Shown: positions 14,624 to 24,228, counted from the stretch's first letter. The stretch is 39,113 nucleotides of DNA from Candidatus Uhrbacteria bacterium (GCA_016206235.1 JACQRZ010000019.1:1-39113); one strand, 5' to 3'. Notes: generated by a model not told the origin, from the sequence alone. Numbers and translations: made by a program.

Positions 14624-16057
14624 ATGCCGCAAAAGCCAAACATTCCAACAGTGCTTATCATACTTGGCGCAACAGGGGATTTGATGACCAAAAAAGTGAT
14701 CCCCGCCCTTTTTTATTTGCATGAGCAGAGCAAGCTGCCTGAGCAGTTTAAGATTATTGGTTTTTCGCGCCGCGATTTGACGGATGAACATTTTAAAACA
14801 CATATTATCGACATTGTTGATCGAGCATACCCCGGACATACTTCGCAGACAAAGGCAGCCTTTTTAGACCTCTTTCTCTTCCAGCGAGGAAACTTTGATG
14901 TGAGGGAAGATTTCGGTTATCTCGCGAAACTGCTCGGCGCTGTTGACTCTCAGTGGGGCGTGTGCGCCAATAAACTTTTTTACTTAGCCGTGCACCCCAA
15001 TCATTTTGAGACGATCTTTACCAATATGGCACATGCTGGATTAACGATTGGCTGCGGACCCAATGAAGGTTGGACGCGCGTGATTGTCGAAAAACCTTTT
15101 GGCAATGATCTGAGTTCCGCAAAACAACTTGATGACACCATTCGTTCATACTTTCAAGAGGAGCAGATCTATCGCATTGACCACTATCCGGCAAAGGAGG
15201 TGCTACAAAACATTCTTTCTTTTCGTTTTTCAAACAAACTTTTTGAACAGTCGTGGAATAACGAGCATATTGAGTCGGTGCATATTCGGTTGTGGGAAAC
15301 GCTTGGAGTTGAGAAGCGAGGAGCATTTTATGATGCGGTCGGCGCGTTGCGTGATATGGGACAAAACCATGTTCTGCAAATCATTGCTCTTTTGACAATG
15401 GATCATCCTGAAAGTTATCATGCGAGCTCCATTCGAAAAAAACGCGCTGAGATACTTGAGCGGCTCGTGGTACCCACACGCGACGAGGTGCTCGCGTCGA
15501 CATATCGTGCGCAGTACCATGGCTACCGCTCGATTGCAAATGTGCATCCAGCCTCAGAGACAGAGACGTATTTTCGCGCGCGCGCGTATCTCGATACCCC
15601 GCGTTGGTGTGGCGTTCCTTTTATCTTTGAAAGCGGTAAGCGGCTTGGCGAGGCACGTAAGGAGATCATCGTGACATTTAAACATCCGAGTCCCTGCCTC
15701 TGTCTTGGCGACGGCCATCATCTCAAAAATATCGTCACATTCCATATTGAACCTGAAGAGAGACTCTCGCTACAGTTGGGAACAAAGAAGCCCGGGCTCT
15801 TATATGACGTGGAAGAGCGGATGGTACACATGCCCTATTCGCAAGGACCAAGTCTGCAGTACGCAGCAAATTACGCAAAACTTCTCTATGATGCGATTGT
15901 CGGGGATCAGACGCTTTTCACGAGCACCGAGGAGATACACTCTACCTGGCGGTTCATTGACCCTATCATTGAGCATTGGAACCAAGGCGTTGTACCGCTT
16001 GCAGTATATACGCCTGACACGAACGAGCCAATTCAAGGGAGACGCACTGCTCTCTAA
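14624..16057 (+). CDS. zwf: Glucose-6-phosphate 1-dehydrogenase
   Basis: 477 aa with the N-terminal NADP motif ILGATGDLMTKK and the active-site motif RIDHYPAKE (a variant of RIDHYLGKE). Confidence 0.9.
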   Translation: MPQKPNIPTVLIILGATGDLMTKKVIPALFYLHEQSKLPEQFKIIGFSRRDLTDEHFKTHIIDIVDRAYPGHTSQTKAAFLDLFLFQRGNFDVREDFGYLAKLLGAVDSQWGVCANKLFYLAVHPNHFETIFTNMAHAGLTIGCGPNEGWTRVIVEKPFGNDLSSAKQLDDTIRSYFQEEQIYRIDHYPAKEVLQNILSFRFSNKLFEQSWNNEHIESVHIRLWETLGVEKRGAFYDAVGALRDMGQNHVLQIIALLTMDHPESYHASSIRKKRAEILERLVVPTRDEVLASTYRAQYHGYRSIANVHPASETETYFRARAYLDTPRWCGVPFIFESGKRLGEARKEIIVTFKHPSPCLCLGDGHHLKNIVTFHIEPEERLSLQLGTKKPGLLYDVEERMVHMPYSQGPSLQYAANYAKLLYDAIVGDQTLFTSTEEIHSTWRFIDPIIEHWNQGVVPLAVYTPDTNEPIQGRRTAL

Positions 16058-16101
16058 CGATACGGCCGACTGAGATCACGCACATTTCTACGAGGCGTTA
16101 G

Positions 16102-16130
16102 TTGCCAGACAACCGATTGTGCGTTATACT
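16102..16130 (+). promoter_or_regulatory. Promoter TTGCCA-N17-TATACT upstream of parA
   Basis: -35 at 16102-16107 and -10 at 16125-16130. Confidence 0.45.
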
Positions 16131-16165
16131 TTGGGAGTCACGTTTGTTTCAATATGTGGGCGGGT

Positions 16166-16954
16166 ATGGCAAAAATAATTGCAATTGTAAACCAAAAAGG
16201 CGGCGTGGGGAAAACAACAACAGCCATGAATGTTGTTGATTTTTTGTCGCAAGAGGGAAAGAAGTGTCTTCTTATCGACCTTGATCCACAGGCAAACGCC
16301 ACGTCGGGCTTAGGACTGAATCCTGTAGAGCTCTTAGCAGGGACCTACGAAGTCTTGGCCGGAAGTGTGCATGCGTCAGATGCCCTGCAAAAACCTTCCA
16401 GCTATGCATTTCATCTTTTGCCCGCAACTGTTTCTCTTGCAGGTGCAAATATTGAGCTTGTGTCTGTTGACGAAAGAGAATTTCAGCTCAAGAAAAACAT
16501 CGAGCCTTTGCTTTCGCAGTACGATTATATTTTTATTGATTGTCCGCCTTCGCTTGGGCTTCTTACAATCAACGGTCTGGTTGCATCGGACAGCATTCTT
16601 ATACCCGTGCAGGCTGAATATTTTGCACTTGAAGGAATCGGTCAGCTTATGGAAACAATCCAGCTTGTACGAAATCACCTTAAACCTGATCTTGAAATTC
16701 TCGGAGCAGTTCTTACGATGTATGACAGACGGTATCGATTATCTGAAAGCGTCCTTCATGAGCTCTACCGCCATTTTCCGGAGAAGATTTTCCGCACTGT
16801 TATTCCTCGTAACGTCCGTCTTGCAGAAGCGCCAAGCCACGGAAAACCTATTTTTCACTACGATTCACTATCGCGAGGAGCAAAGGCATATGAGCGACTC
16901 GCAAAAGAACTTCTGGTTTTTTTCGAGGGAGTCGCTGCAGCTCCAACCGTATAG
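16166..16954 (+). CDS. parA: ParA/Soj chromosome partitioning ATPase
   Basis: It has the deviant Walker A KGGVGKTT in MAKIIAIVNQKGGVGKTTTAMN. The start is taken at ATG 16166; the ORF track starts at 16154. Confidence 0.9.
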   Translation: MAKIIAIVNQKGGVGKTTTAMNVVDFLSQEGKKCLLIDLDPQANATSGLGLNPVELLAGTYEVLAGSVHASDALQKPSSYAFHLLPATVSLAGANIELVSVDEREFQLKKNIEPLLSQYDYIFIDCPPSLGLLTINGLVASDSILIPVQAEYFALEGIGQLMETIQLVRNHLKPDLEILGAVLTMYDRRYRLSESVLHELYRHFPEKIFRTVIPRNVRLAEAPSHGKPIFHYDSLSRGAKAYERLAKELLVFFEGVAAAPTV

Positions 16955-16996
16955 CTCGTGTCATTATTTTTTGCTATAGTAACTCACACTAGTTAC

Positions 16997-17031
16997 GTAC
17001 TACCCACTACAAACTATTCACTACTCACTAA
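16997..17031. repeat. Tandem heptamers GTACTAC CCACTAC AAACTAT TCACTAC TCACTAA, ending 4 nt before the parB ATG
   Basis: Read directly. It contains CACTACAAACTAT (17005-17017), which is identical to the reverse complement of 31998-32010. Confidence 0.8.
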
Positions 17032-17035
17032 GATT

Positions 17036-17920
17036 ATGTCTTCTCCATCACTCGGCCGGGGACTCGACGCTCTTCTTTCGCGAAAGCTTCCAGTTTCCAG
17101 CACGCCACCTTCGCCACGCCATACCAATGACGGTACGCCTATTCAGGTGTCTGTAGACGGTATCAAGGCAAACAACAAGCAGCCGCGATACAGTTTTAAC
17201 GATGACCAGCTCAATGAGCTTGCCGAATCTATCCGCGAGTATGGCATCATACAGCCACTCGTTGTCATGAGGGAGGGCGAAGGATATCGACTGATTGCTG
17301 GCGAACGCCGACTGCGCGCTGCAAAAAAAATCGGACTCTCAACGGTTCCTGTTGTTGTTCGTGATGCTGCAGACCATGAACGACTCGCCTTAGCGCTTAT
17401 TGAAAATGTCCAGCGCGTTGATCTTAACCCAATTGAATTGGCGTTCGGGTATAAACAGCTTTTGGAGGAGTTTCAAATATCGCATGAAGAATTGGGCAGG
17501 CGGATCGGAAAAAGCAGGCCTGTTATCACCAATACTATACGCATGCTTCAGCTACCCCAAATGATTCAAGAAGGCATTAAGGAGGGAAAGATTAATGAAG
17601 GACATACGCGGCATCTTTTATCTGTCCGTGATGAGGAAAAACAACGAGAGCTTTACAATTCGATCGTTGCAAACAAGCTTACCTATGGTGACGCAGAGCG
17701 TATCATGCGCCAGATGACTGGCAAGCCAGCACCTCAGGCACGAAGAGTGAAGGGAAATCTGAGCCCCGACCCGCTTATTGCACAAAAAGAAGGGCACCTG
17801 CGTGAGTATTTTGGAACAAAAGTGCATATTGAAAAAAACGGCGAAAAGGGTAGTATTGTGATTGATTTTTATTCGCTTGAGCAGATGCGAGATTTGATCA
17901 GTAAGCTTTTAGGTGCATGA
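17036..17920 (+). CDS. parB: ParB/Spo0J partition protein
   Basis: MSSPSLGRGLDALL is the typical ParB N-terminus, followed by the GERRLRAAK arginine patch and an HTH. The ORF-track GTG start at 16958 would translate the repeat array. Confidence 0.9.
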   Translation: MSSPSLGRGLDALLSRKLPVSSTPPSPRHTNDGTPIQVSVDGIKANNKQPRYSFNDDQLNELAESIREYGIIQPLVVMREGEGYRLIAGERRLRAAKKIGLSTVPVVVRDAADHERLALALIENVQRVDLNPIELAFGYKQLLEEFQISHEELGRRIGKSRPVITNTIRMLQLPQMIQEGIKEGKINEGHTRHLLSVRDEEKQRELYNSIVANKLTYGDAERIMRQMTGKPAPQARRVKGNLSPDPLIAQKEGHLREYFGTKVHIEKNGEKGSIVIDFYSLEQMRDLISKLLGA

Positions 17921-18026
17921 ATCCCGTTAGAGTTTTACCAGAATAGTAAATAATAAAGAAACTATGAATAACAGCAAAGATCATTTTTTCGATATCACAA
18001 CAACTATTAAAAAACTCTAACGGGAT
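17921..18026 (+). promoter_or_regulatory. 16-bp perfect inverted repeat spanning the entire parB-murA spacer and enclosing an 18-codon uORF
   Basis: ATCCCGTTAGAGTTTT (17921-17936) pairs with AAAACTCTAACGGGAT (18011-18026). The right arm overlaps the murA ATG at 18025. The uORF at 17964-18020 (MNNSKDHFFDITTTIKKL) ends inside the right arm. Confidence 0.6.
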
Positions 18027-19278
18027 GAAATTTGTTATTAACGGCGGCAAGAAGCTGTCCGGAAGCATTCCCGTTTCGGGAATGAAAAACGCGGCGACAC
18101 CCATTATCGCGGCAGCACTCCTCACAGATGAGGAGTGTATTATTCATAATGTACCCCATATTCGCGACGTGGAAGTTATGCTTAGCATTTTGGAAAGCAT
18201 GGGAAGTCGTGTCGCATGGACGGGTGAGCATGATGTCACGATTTGCACTGCAGGTGCGCGCGCAGATACCATAGATGAAAAGACAATGAAACGTCTTCGC
18301 TCATCCATTCTTTTTATGGGTCCTTTTCTTTCGCGTTTTGAGCATGCATCAATTGCTGAGCCCGGAGGATGTATTATTGGCAACCGTCCCTTACATACAC
18401 ACTTTCATGCTTTGGAAAAACTTGGCGCGACGATTTCGCGAACAAACGGCCATTATGAAATTTCGCGAACCAACCTTCAAGGCACACGTGTAGTGCTTTT
18501 GGAGGCATCGGTGACTGCGACGGAAAACGCGCTTATGGCAGCCTGTATGGCGACTGGCACGACCACGATTATCAATGCAGCATACGAACCTCATGTTGCT
18601 GACCTTGCGAACTTTCTGTGCGCAATGGGAGCAAGGATCGACGGTATTGGTACGTCAACACTTACTATAGAAGGAGTGCATGCCCTGCACGGAACAGAAT
18701 ACACGATTATTCCCGATACTATTGAAGCCGGAACATTTCTTATCCTTGGACTGGCTACCAAAAGTGAAATTACTGTTCAGCATGCACGTTCTGATCACAT
18801 GGATCTCGTGCTGGAATGGCTCTACCAAATAGGCGCACGCTTTGATAGACAAGATGATTCCATTACACTGCGCCTATCGTCTGATTTGCGCGCAGCGCAT
18901 CTTGAATTCTATACGTATCCTCGGCTGCCAAGCGACCTCCAATCAATATTTGGCGTACTTGCAACGCAGCTTCGCGGTACAACGCTCATCCATGAAAAGA
19001 TGTTTGAAGGGCGTCTTGGCTACATTCAAGAATTGATTAAAATGGGTGCAAATGCCGTTATCTGTGATCCGCACCGAGTCCTTATTACCGGACCAACGCC
19101 GCTCTATGGCCAGGAGATACGTACATATGATTTACGTGCTGGAGCCGCGATGATCGTTGCCGGCCTGCTTGCAAGTGGACAGACAATCATTCATGATGTT
19201 GATATTGTTGATCGTGGCTACGAGTCACTCGAAACCCGACTTGCCGGATTAGGCGCAGATATCACACGAGTAGCGTAA
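18025..19278 (+). CDS. murA: UDP-N-acetylglucosamine 1-carboxyvinyltransferase
   Basis: 417 aa with the active-site Cys loop EPGGCIIGNRPL. It is collinear with MurA. Confidence 0.9.
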   Translation: MKFVINGGKKLSGSIPVSGMKNAATPIIAAALLTDEECIIHNVPHIRDVEVMLSILESMGSRVAWTGEHDVTICTAGARADTIDEKTMKRLRSSILFMGPFLSRFEHASIAEPGGCIIGNRPLHTHFHALEKLGATISRTNGHYEISRTNLQGTRVVLLEASVTATENALMAACMATGTTTIINAAYEPHVADLANFLCAMGARIDGIGTSTLTIEGVHALHGTEYTIIPDTIEAGTFLILGLATKSEITVQHARSDHMDLVLEWLYQIGARFDRQDDSITLRLSSDLRAAHLEFYTYPRLPSDLQSIFGVLATQLRGTTLIHEKMFEGRLGYIQELIKMGANAVICDPHRVLITGPTPLYGQEIRTYDLRAGAAMIVAGLLASGQTIIHDVDIVDRGYESLETRLAGLGADITRVA

Positions 19279-19382
19279 GCACGAAATCCTAAATTCGAAG
19301 CACGAAACAAAATTAAAATTCAAAAATAAAAAAGTTAAACAATTATGTTTCGAATTTCGATATTCGAATCTCGAATTTTACC
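19279..19382. repeat. Heptamer-periodic spacer: GCACGAA ATCCTAA ATTCGAA GCACGAA ... TTTCGAA TTTCGAT ATTCGAA TCTCGAA TTTTACC
   Basis: Read directly. The TTCGAA-centred units at 19348-19375 are inverted relative to 19279-19306, with CGAAAC/GTTTCG pairing. Confidence 0.7.
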
Positions 19383-19387
19383 AAGGT

Positions 19388-20659
19388 ATGTCCATTAACG
19401 ATATTGTTCCACAATCAAAAGACACCCCACGCTTTCCGTATGTTACATGGATAGTCATTTTCGGTATTGCAGTCGGTGGCAGTTTTTATGGCGGCTATCT
19501 CATGGGCGGGAAAGGCGTATCTCTTCCTGTTCAAGCGCCTTTAGGGCAAGAAAAAGAAGGAATCGTAAAAAATTTCGAGCGACCAGCACCGTCATATCTC
19601 AACAAAGATGTTGATTTTAATCTGTTCTGGGATGTTTGGAAACGCGTAAAAAGTGAGTATATTTCCAAAGATACTTCAGACACTCAGCTATTTTACGGAA
19701 GTCTTCGCGGTATTGTTTCTGCGCTCGATGATCCCTATTCTGAATTTTTCGACCCTGACCTTGCAAAACAATTTGATGAAAGCCTCTCGGGAAGTTTTGA
19801 AGGTATTGGAGCTGAAATTGGAATGAAGAACAAACAGCTTATTATTGTTGCTCCACTCGCGGGAACACCGGCAGAAAAAGCTGGTCTTAAAGCAGGAGAT
19901 CATATTTTGGCAGTTGATAAAAAAAGCACTGTTGATATGTCGATTGACATGGCAGTAAGTAACATTCGTGGCAAGGGTGGTACCAAGGTAACGCTGACGA
20001 TTTATCGGATAGGCGATAAGGAAGCACATGATGTTACGATTACTCGGCAAAAAATTGTGGTGCCATCAGTTGTGTGGGAACTGAAACCCGAATCAATCGG
20101 TTATATTAAGATATCGCATTTTAATCAGGATACTCAAGATCGATTTGCCGATGCGGTGCGCGAGGTATTAAGTAAGAACCCAAAAGGTTTAGTCATTGAT
20201 TTGCGAAATAATCCCGGAGGATATCTTGATACTGCAGTTCGCATTGCAAGTTACTGGGTTGAAGGCAAGACTATTGTTATTGAGAAATATGACGGAGAGC
20301 GTTCAGAAGAGTATCGAGCGCGCGGGCGTGCAAGTTTGAAAAATCTTAAAACCGTTGTGGTGGTCAACGAGGGAAGTGCATCAGCGTCAGAAATTGTGGC
20401 AGGTGCTTTGCAAGATTATGGAAAAGCAACGCTGGTTGGCAAAAAAACATTTGGCAAAGGATCGGTACAAACACTTCAGAAACTTGAAGATGGATCAGCG
20501 TTAAAGCTTACCATTGCCACATGGCTTACACCAAAAGGAAGATCCATCAACCAGGAGGGCATTACCCCGGATATTACCGTTGAACCGGCAAAAGGTGAGG
20601 TGTTAGCGGACAAAGAGAAGGATGTCCAACTCGAAAAGGCACTTGAGTTGCTGAAATAG
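19388..20659 (+). CDS. ctpA: Carboxy-terminal processing (S41, tail-specific) protease
   Basis: 423 aa with an N-terminal TM helix, a PDZ segment (GIGAEIG...AGLKAGDHILAVD), the catalytic Ser region GSASASEI and the Lys region TFGKGSVQ. Confidence 0.85.
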   Translation: MSINDIVPQSKDTPRFPYVTWIVIFGIAVGGSFYGGYLMGGKGVSLPVQAPLGQEKEGIVKNFERPAPSYLNKDVDFNLFWDVWKRVKSEYISKDTSDTQLFYGSLRGIVSALDDPYSEFFDPDLAKQFDESLSGSFEGIGAEIGMKNKQLIIVAPLAGTPAEKAGLKAGDHILAVDKKSTVDMSIDMAVSNIRGKGGTKVTLTIYRIGDKEAHDVTITRQKIVVPSVVWELKPESIGYIKISHFNQDTQDRFADAVREVLSKNPKGLVIDLRNNPGGYLDTAVRIASYWVEGKTIVIEKYDGERSEEYRARGRASLKNLKTVVVVNEGSASASEIVAGALQDYGKATLVGKKTFGKGSVQTLQKLEDGSALKLTIATWLTPKGRSINQEGITPDITVEPAKGEVLADKEKDVQLEKALELLK

Positions 20660-20687
20660 GTTATAGGTTATAGCTTGTAGATTGTAG
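20658..20687. repeat. Tandem heptamers AGGTTAT AGGTTAT AGCTTGT AGATTGT
   Basis: Read directly, starting within the ctpA stop codon. The reverse complement belongs to the CTAYAAN family. Confidence 0.8.
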
Positions 20688-20716
20688 AAAAAATCCCTGC
20701 AAGAGCAGGGATTTTA
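20688..20716. terminator. Bidirectional intrinsic terminator between convergent ctpA and rpmA
   Basis: An 11-bp stem AAAATCCCTGC/GCAGGGATTTT closes an AAGA loop, with A-rich sequence 5' and T-rich sequence 3'. Confidence 0.7.
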
Positions 20717-20737
20717 TGATTTCGATGTTAAAGAATG

Positions 20738-21040
20738 TTATGCAGCTTTTTTTGGAGCAATTTTATCTGCAAAGACGTTGATGAAGGTGGTCGGTTTCAG
20801 ACTGCCGTCAAACTTTTTTTTCTTGAGTCGTGTAAAATGGACAAAACCATCGATCAACGAATAGAGCGTGTCATCGCCGCCTCGCTGCGTGTTCTTTCCA
20901 GCATGATATCGTGTGCCGCGTTGGCGAACTAAAATGGCGCCTTTTTTTGCAAAAGCACCTTCAAAAAGTTTTATTCCGAGCCTTTTTGCCTGCGAATCGC
21001 GGCCCCAGGCTGTAGAGCCGCCAGCTTTTTTATGTGCCAT
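20738..21040 (-). CDS. rpmA: 50S ribosomal protein L27
   Basis: [24 protein letters not shown] is the canonical L27 N-terminus. The 100-aa protein has a Lys-rich C-terminal extension. No rplU is adjacent. Confidence 0.9.
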   Translation of the reverse strand: MAHKKAGGSTAWGRDSQAKRLGIKLFEGAFAKKGAILVRQRGTRYHAGKNTQRGGDDTLYSLIDGFVHFTRLKKKKFDGSLKPTTFINVFADKIAPKKAA

Positions 21041-21268
21041 ATTTTATTAGGGCAGAGGATTTCTCAATAGTTCTTGTGAAAGTCTAGCATATGATTATGA
21101 CAAACGCAAGTCTTCAGTTATCTTGAAAAACAAAGGTTCATTTGCTATGCTATGCATTATGCCCAGTAATACAACATCGACTGTTTGGCTTCGCCAAACT
21201 GGGTATAATATGAAAACGATAGCAACCAGACAAACATAAATATACTAAATAAGAAAATCATCCGAAGG

Positions 21269-21670
21269 ATGGTCGATGATGATATACTGGGTATGATATT
21301 TTCCAAACTGTATTTACAACTCTTTTTCCGAGACCCCTTTTTACTTGTCAGCACCATTTTGGCCCTTGTTGGCAATATGCTCAACTGGGCGTTTATAGTA
21401 TGGAGGTACGATATTTTAGTCCGCCCAGAGCGGGAATTTATTTCTCTGCACTATAAAGTATTTTTGGGGCCCGATTTTTATGGTCCATGGCAGTATATTT
21501 TTTTTATTCCAGCACTTCTGCTTATTATTATGCTACTCAACTACTCGTTTGCGCGGCGCTTGTATCATTTTCAACGCATGAGTACGTACGCGCTTTCCAC
21601 TGCAAGTGTTTTTTGCCAAGCATGTGCTCTTCTGGCAACGCACCTTATTATTACGATTAATATTTTTTAA
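21269..21670 (+). CDS. Hypothetical polytopic membrane protein upstream of mraY
   Basis: 133-aa ORF with 3-4 hydrophobic helices, ending 4 nt before mraY. No motif recognised, and the start is uncertain. Confidence 0.45.
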   Translation: MVDDDILGMIFSKLYLQLFFRDPFLLVSTILALVGNMLNWAFIVWRYDILVRPEREFISLHYKVFLGPDFYGPWQYIFFIPALLLIIMLLNYSFARRLYHFQRMSTYALSTASVFCQACALLATHLIITINIF

Positions 21671-21673
21671 GTC

Positions 21674-22720
21674 ATGGGTTCTGAGGTTCTTAAAATTTCT
21701 CTTCTATCAACACTCGCATTTCTTGTTGCGTGGGCATGGGAACCACTCCTCATTCGATTACTCCAACGATATGGTATTGGCAAACAGATTCGAGATGGGC
21801 GATCTGCACCCGTCTATTCTAAGCTTCACCAAGCAAAAAAGGGAATGCTTACGATGGGTGGAGTGTTGGTGTGGGTAACAGTTCTCATCATTGCCGTGGG
21901 CGTATACTATCTCTCTGTTTTTTTTCCAAACCCATTCTTTTCAAACCTCAATTTTTTGAGTCGATCCCAGGTGTTTCTGCCCTTGGGAGCAATGGTGTTT
22001 GCTGCGATCGTTGGTATGGTCGATGATTTTTACAATGTAAAAAAATTGGGTCCAAAGGGTGGAGGACTTTCGATGCGACACCGCTTTCTTCTCTACACCC
22101 TTATTGCATCAGTATGCGCATGGTGGTTTTACGTAAAACTCGGATGGGATTTTCTCCATATTCCTTTTATGGGTGATATTTCTATTGGCTTGTGGTACGT
22201 GCCATTTTTTATTTTGGTCATTGTCGCAACAGCCTTTTCTGTGAATGAAATTGACGGCCTGGATGGTTTGGCAGGGGGTACGCTACTGTCTGCGTTTGGC
22301 GCGTATGGCGCAATCGCATTCATTGAAGGAAAATATGATTTGGCAACCTTTTGTGGTGTTATTATTGGCGCACTGCTCGCATTTTTGTGGTATAACATTT
22401 ATCCGGCAAAGTTTATGATGGGCGACACAGGGGCAATGTCGTTGGGTGTTACGCTCGGCATTGTGGCTATTTTAACCAACTCCGCGCTTTTACTGCCAAT
22501 CATTGGATTGCTGTTTGTTATTGCCTCACTTTCTGTCATTATTCAGACAGCGTCAAAAAAACTCTGGGGTAAAAAAATATTTTTATCTTCACCCATTCAT
22601 CATCATCTCGAAGCCAGTGGATGGACAGAACCGACGATTGTTATGCGTTTTTGGGTGATCGCCATTATTACAGCAGTTATTGGTGTCATTATCGTTCTTG
22701 TCGAACGAGGATTTTATTAA
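21674..22720 (+). CDS. mraY: Phospho-N-acetylmuramoyl-pentapeptide transferase
   Basis: 348 aa, polytopic, with NEIDGLDGLA and MGDTGAMSLG motifs. Confidence 0.9.
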   Translation: MGSEVLKISLLSTLAFLVAWAWEPLLIRLLQRYGIGKQIRDGRSAPVYSKLHQAKKGMLTMGGVLVWVTVLIIAVGVYYLSVFFPNPFFSNLNFLSRSQVFLPLGAMVFAAIVGMVDDFYNVKKLGPKGGGLSMRHRFLLYTLIASVCAWWFYVKLGWDFLHIPFMGDISIGLWYVPFFILVIVATAFSVNEIDGLDGLAGGTLLSAFGAYGAIAFIEGKYDLATFCGVIIGALLAFLWYNIYPAKFMMGDTGAMSLGVTLGIVAILTNSALLLPIIGLLFVIASLSVIIQTASKKLWGKKIFLSSPIHHHLEASGWTEPTIVMRFWVIAIITAVIGVIIVLVERGFY

Positions 22721-22730
22721 GAGTGTTTGT

Positions 22731-24218
22731 ATGGATGTTGCTGGTAAAAAAGTTGTTATCATGGGTTTGGGTTTGCATGGAGGAGGATTGGCTGTTGCAA
22801 AATGGATGTATGCGCATGGCGCGCGAGTTGTGATGAGCGACGTGAAATCGAAGGAGCAGTTGCAAGCATCATTGCAGAAGTTAGCAAACTATTGCCAAAC
22901 GTTTGGTGAAAACAATCCTGATGCGGACATGTTTCCAATTGAATATGGACTTGGCGGTCATCATACGTCTCACTTTGATGGTGCTGACATGGTCATCCAA
23001 AATCCTGGCGTGCCGCGCGAGTCAGAGTTTTTACAATATGCACGTTCTCACGGTAGCGCCATTGAAAATGAGGCAAGCCTTTTTTTTCTATTGACGCCGG
23101 ATATTACAACGATCGCTGTTACTGGCACACGGGGAAAATCAACTACTGCTGCATTGCTCTTTGATATGATTCGTCGTTGGAAGCCAGACTCGGTACTGGG
23201 CGGAGGGATTGCAACGGCGCGGGGTACGATTGGCAGTCTCTTTGATATCCTTGATCCTGTGCGTGAGCGGCGCAACCACGGCAAAGATTTCACTGTTGTC
23301 CTTGAGCTTTCAAGTTGGCAGTTGGAATTTTTCCCTCTTCATAAAAGCCACCCCAAACTCGCCATCATCACCAATGTGATGAACGACCACATGAACAGAT
23401 ATCCGTCAATGGAGAGTTATGTGGCTGCAAAAGGGAATATCGGACGTTTTCAAACGCCGAGTGAGTCGTTGATTTTGAATCACGATAACTACTATACTCG
23501 TTCGTTGGCCGAAAATCCCATGAATGGACAGCAGTATTGGTTTTCGCGTACGGGAAAGTTTTTTGACAAGGGATGCATGCTCGACGAAAATCTGAATGCC
23601 ATATTCAAAGATGGTCATGAAAGCACTGTTATCTGCTCGCTGAAAAATCGCCTGCTCCAAGGCGATCACAATATTGAAAATATCCTTGCCGCAGTTACCG
23701 GTGCTGTGATAGAGGGCGTGCCAAAAACAGCCATACAGCAAGCCATTGATGAATTTGCCGGTGTGCCTGGCCGTTTTGAATACATAGGAGAGATGGAGGG
23801 CAGAACCATCGTGAATGATACCGCCTCAACAACGCCCGATGCTACGATTGCAGCCCTTAAAATACTGCAAACACGTCAGGAGCGACAGGCCATTATTCTT
23901 ATCGCGGGTGGAGCAGACAAGAATCTGGACTTTGCACAAATGGCTCGGGAGATCAAAGGGAGTGTGCAGACAATGATACTTCTTGCGGGAACCGCTACGC
24001 CAAAACTTGTCGGGTGCCTTAAAGATGTAGGCTTTGAGGGTACCATCGAAATGGCAAATAGTATGGAGAAGGCCGTTGACGTGGCGTGGAAACACACATC
24101 AAAAGGTGATATACTCGTCTTATCACCCGGAGCCGCAAGCTTTGGTATGTTTGCCCACGAATTTGACCGAGGGGAAAAGTTCGTACAAGCAATAGAAAGG
24201 ATTCGTGGCAACGTATAA
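22731..24218 (+). CDS. murD: UDP-N-acetylmuramoylalanine--D-glutamate ligase
   Basis: N-terminal Rossmann motif KKVVIMGLGLHGGG and Mur ligase P-loop GTRGKSTT. The start is taken at ATG 22731; the ORF track extends to 22680, inside mraY. Confidence 0.85.
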   Translation: MDVAGKKVVIMGLGLHGGGLAVAKWMYAHGARVVMSDVKSKEQLQASLQKLANYCQTFGENNPDADMFPIEYGLGGHHTSHFDGADMVIQNPGVPRESEFLQYARSHGSAIENEASLFFLLTPDITTIAVTGTRGKSTTAALLFDMIRRWKPDSVLGGGIATARGTIGSLFDILDPVRERRNHGKDFTVVLELSSWQLEFFPLHKSHPKLAIITNVMNDHMNRYPSMESYVAAKGNIGRFQTPSESLILNHDNYYTRSLAENPMNGQQYWFSRTGKFFDKGCMLDENLNAIFKDGHESTVICSLKNRLLQGDHNIENILAAVTGAVIEGVPKTAIQQAIDEFAGVPGRFEYIGEMEGRTIVNDTASTTPDATIAALKILQTRQERQAIILIAGGADKNLDFAQMAREIKGSVQTMILLAGTATPKLVGCLKDVGFEGTIEMANSMEKAVDVAWKHTSKGDILVLSPGAASFGMFAHEFDRGEKFVQAIERIRGNV

Positions 24219-24228
24219 CCCCTTCCAC

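Noticed and set aside
16365-16979. 204-aa alternative-frame ORF inside parA
   Set aside because: It lies entirely within a well-supported ParA gene in another frame, with Leu/Phe/Ser/Cys-rich nonsense-like composition and no motif. A long stop-free alternate frame of this kind can occur by chance.
21157-21384. 75-aa minus-strand ORF between rpmA and mraY as a candidate rplU or a real gene
   Set aside because: It shows no L21 similarity. It overlaps the plus-strand membrane ORF that ends 4 nt before mraY. Its hydrophobic composition is consistent with the antisense of a membrane gene.
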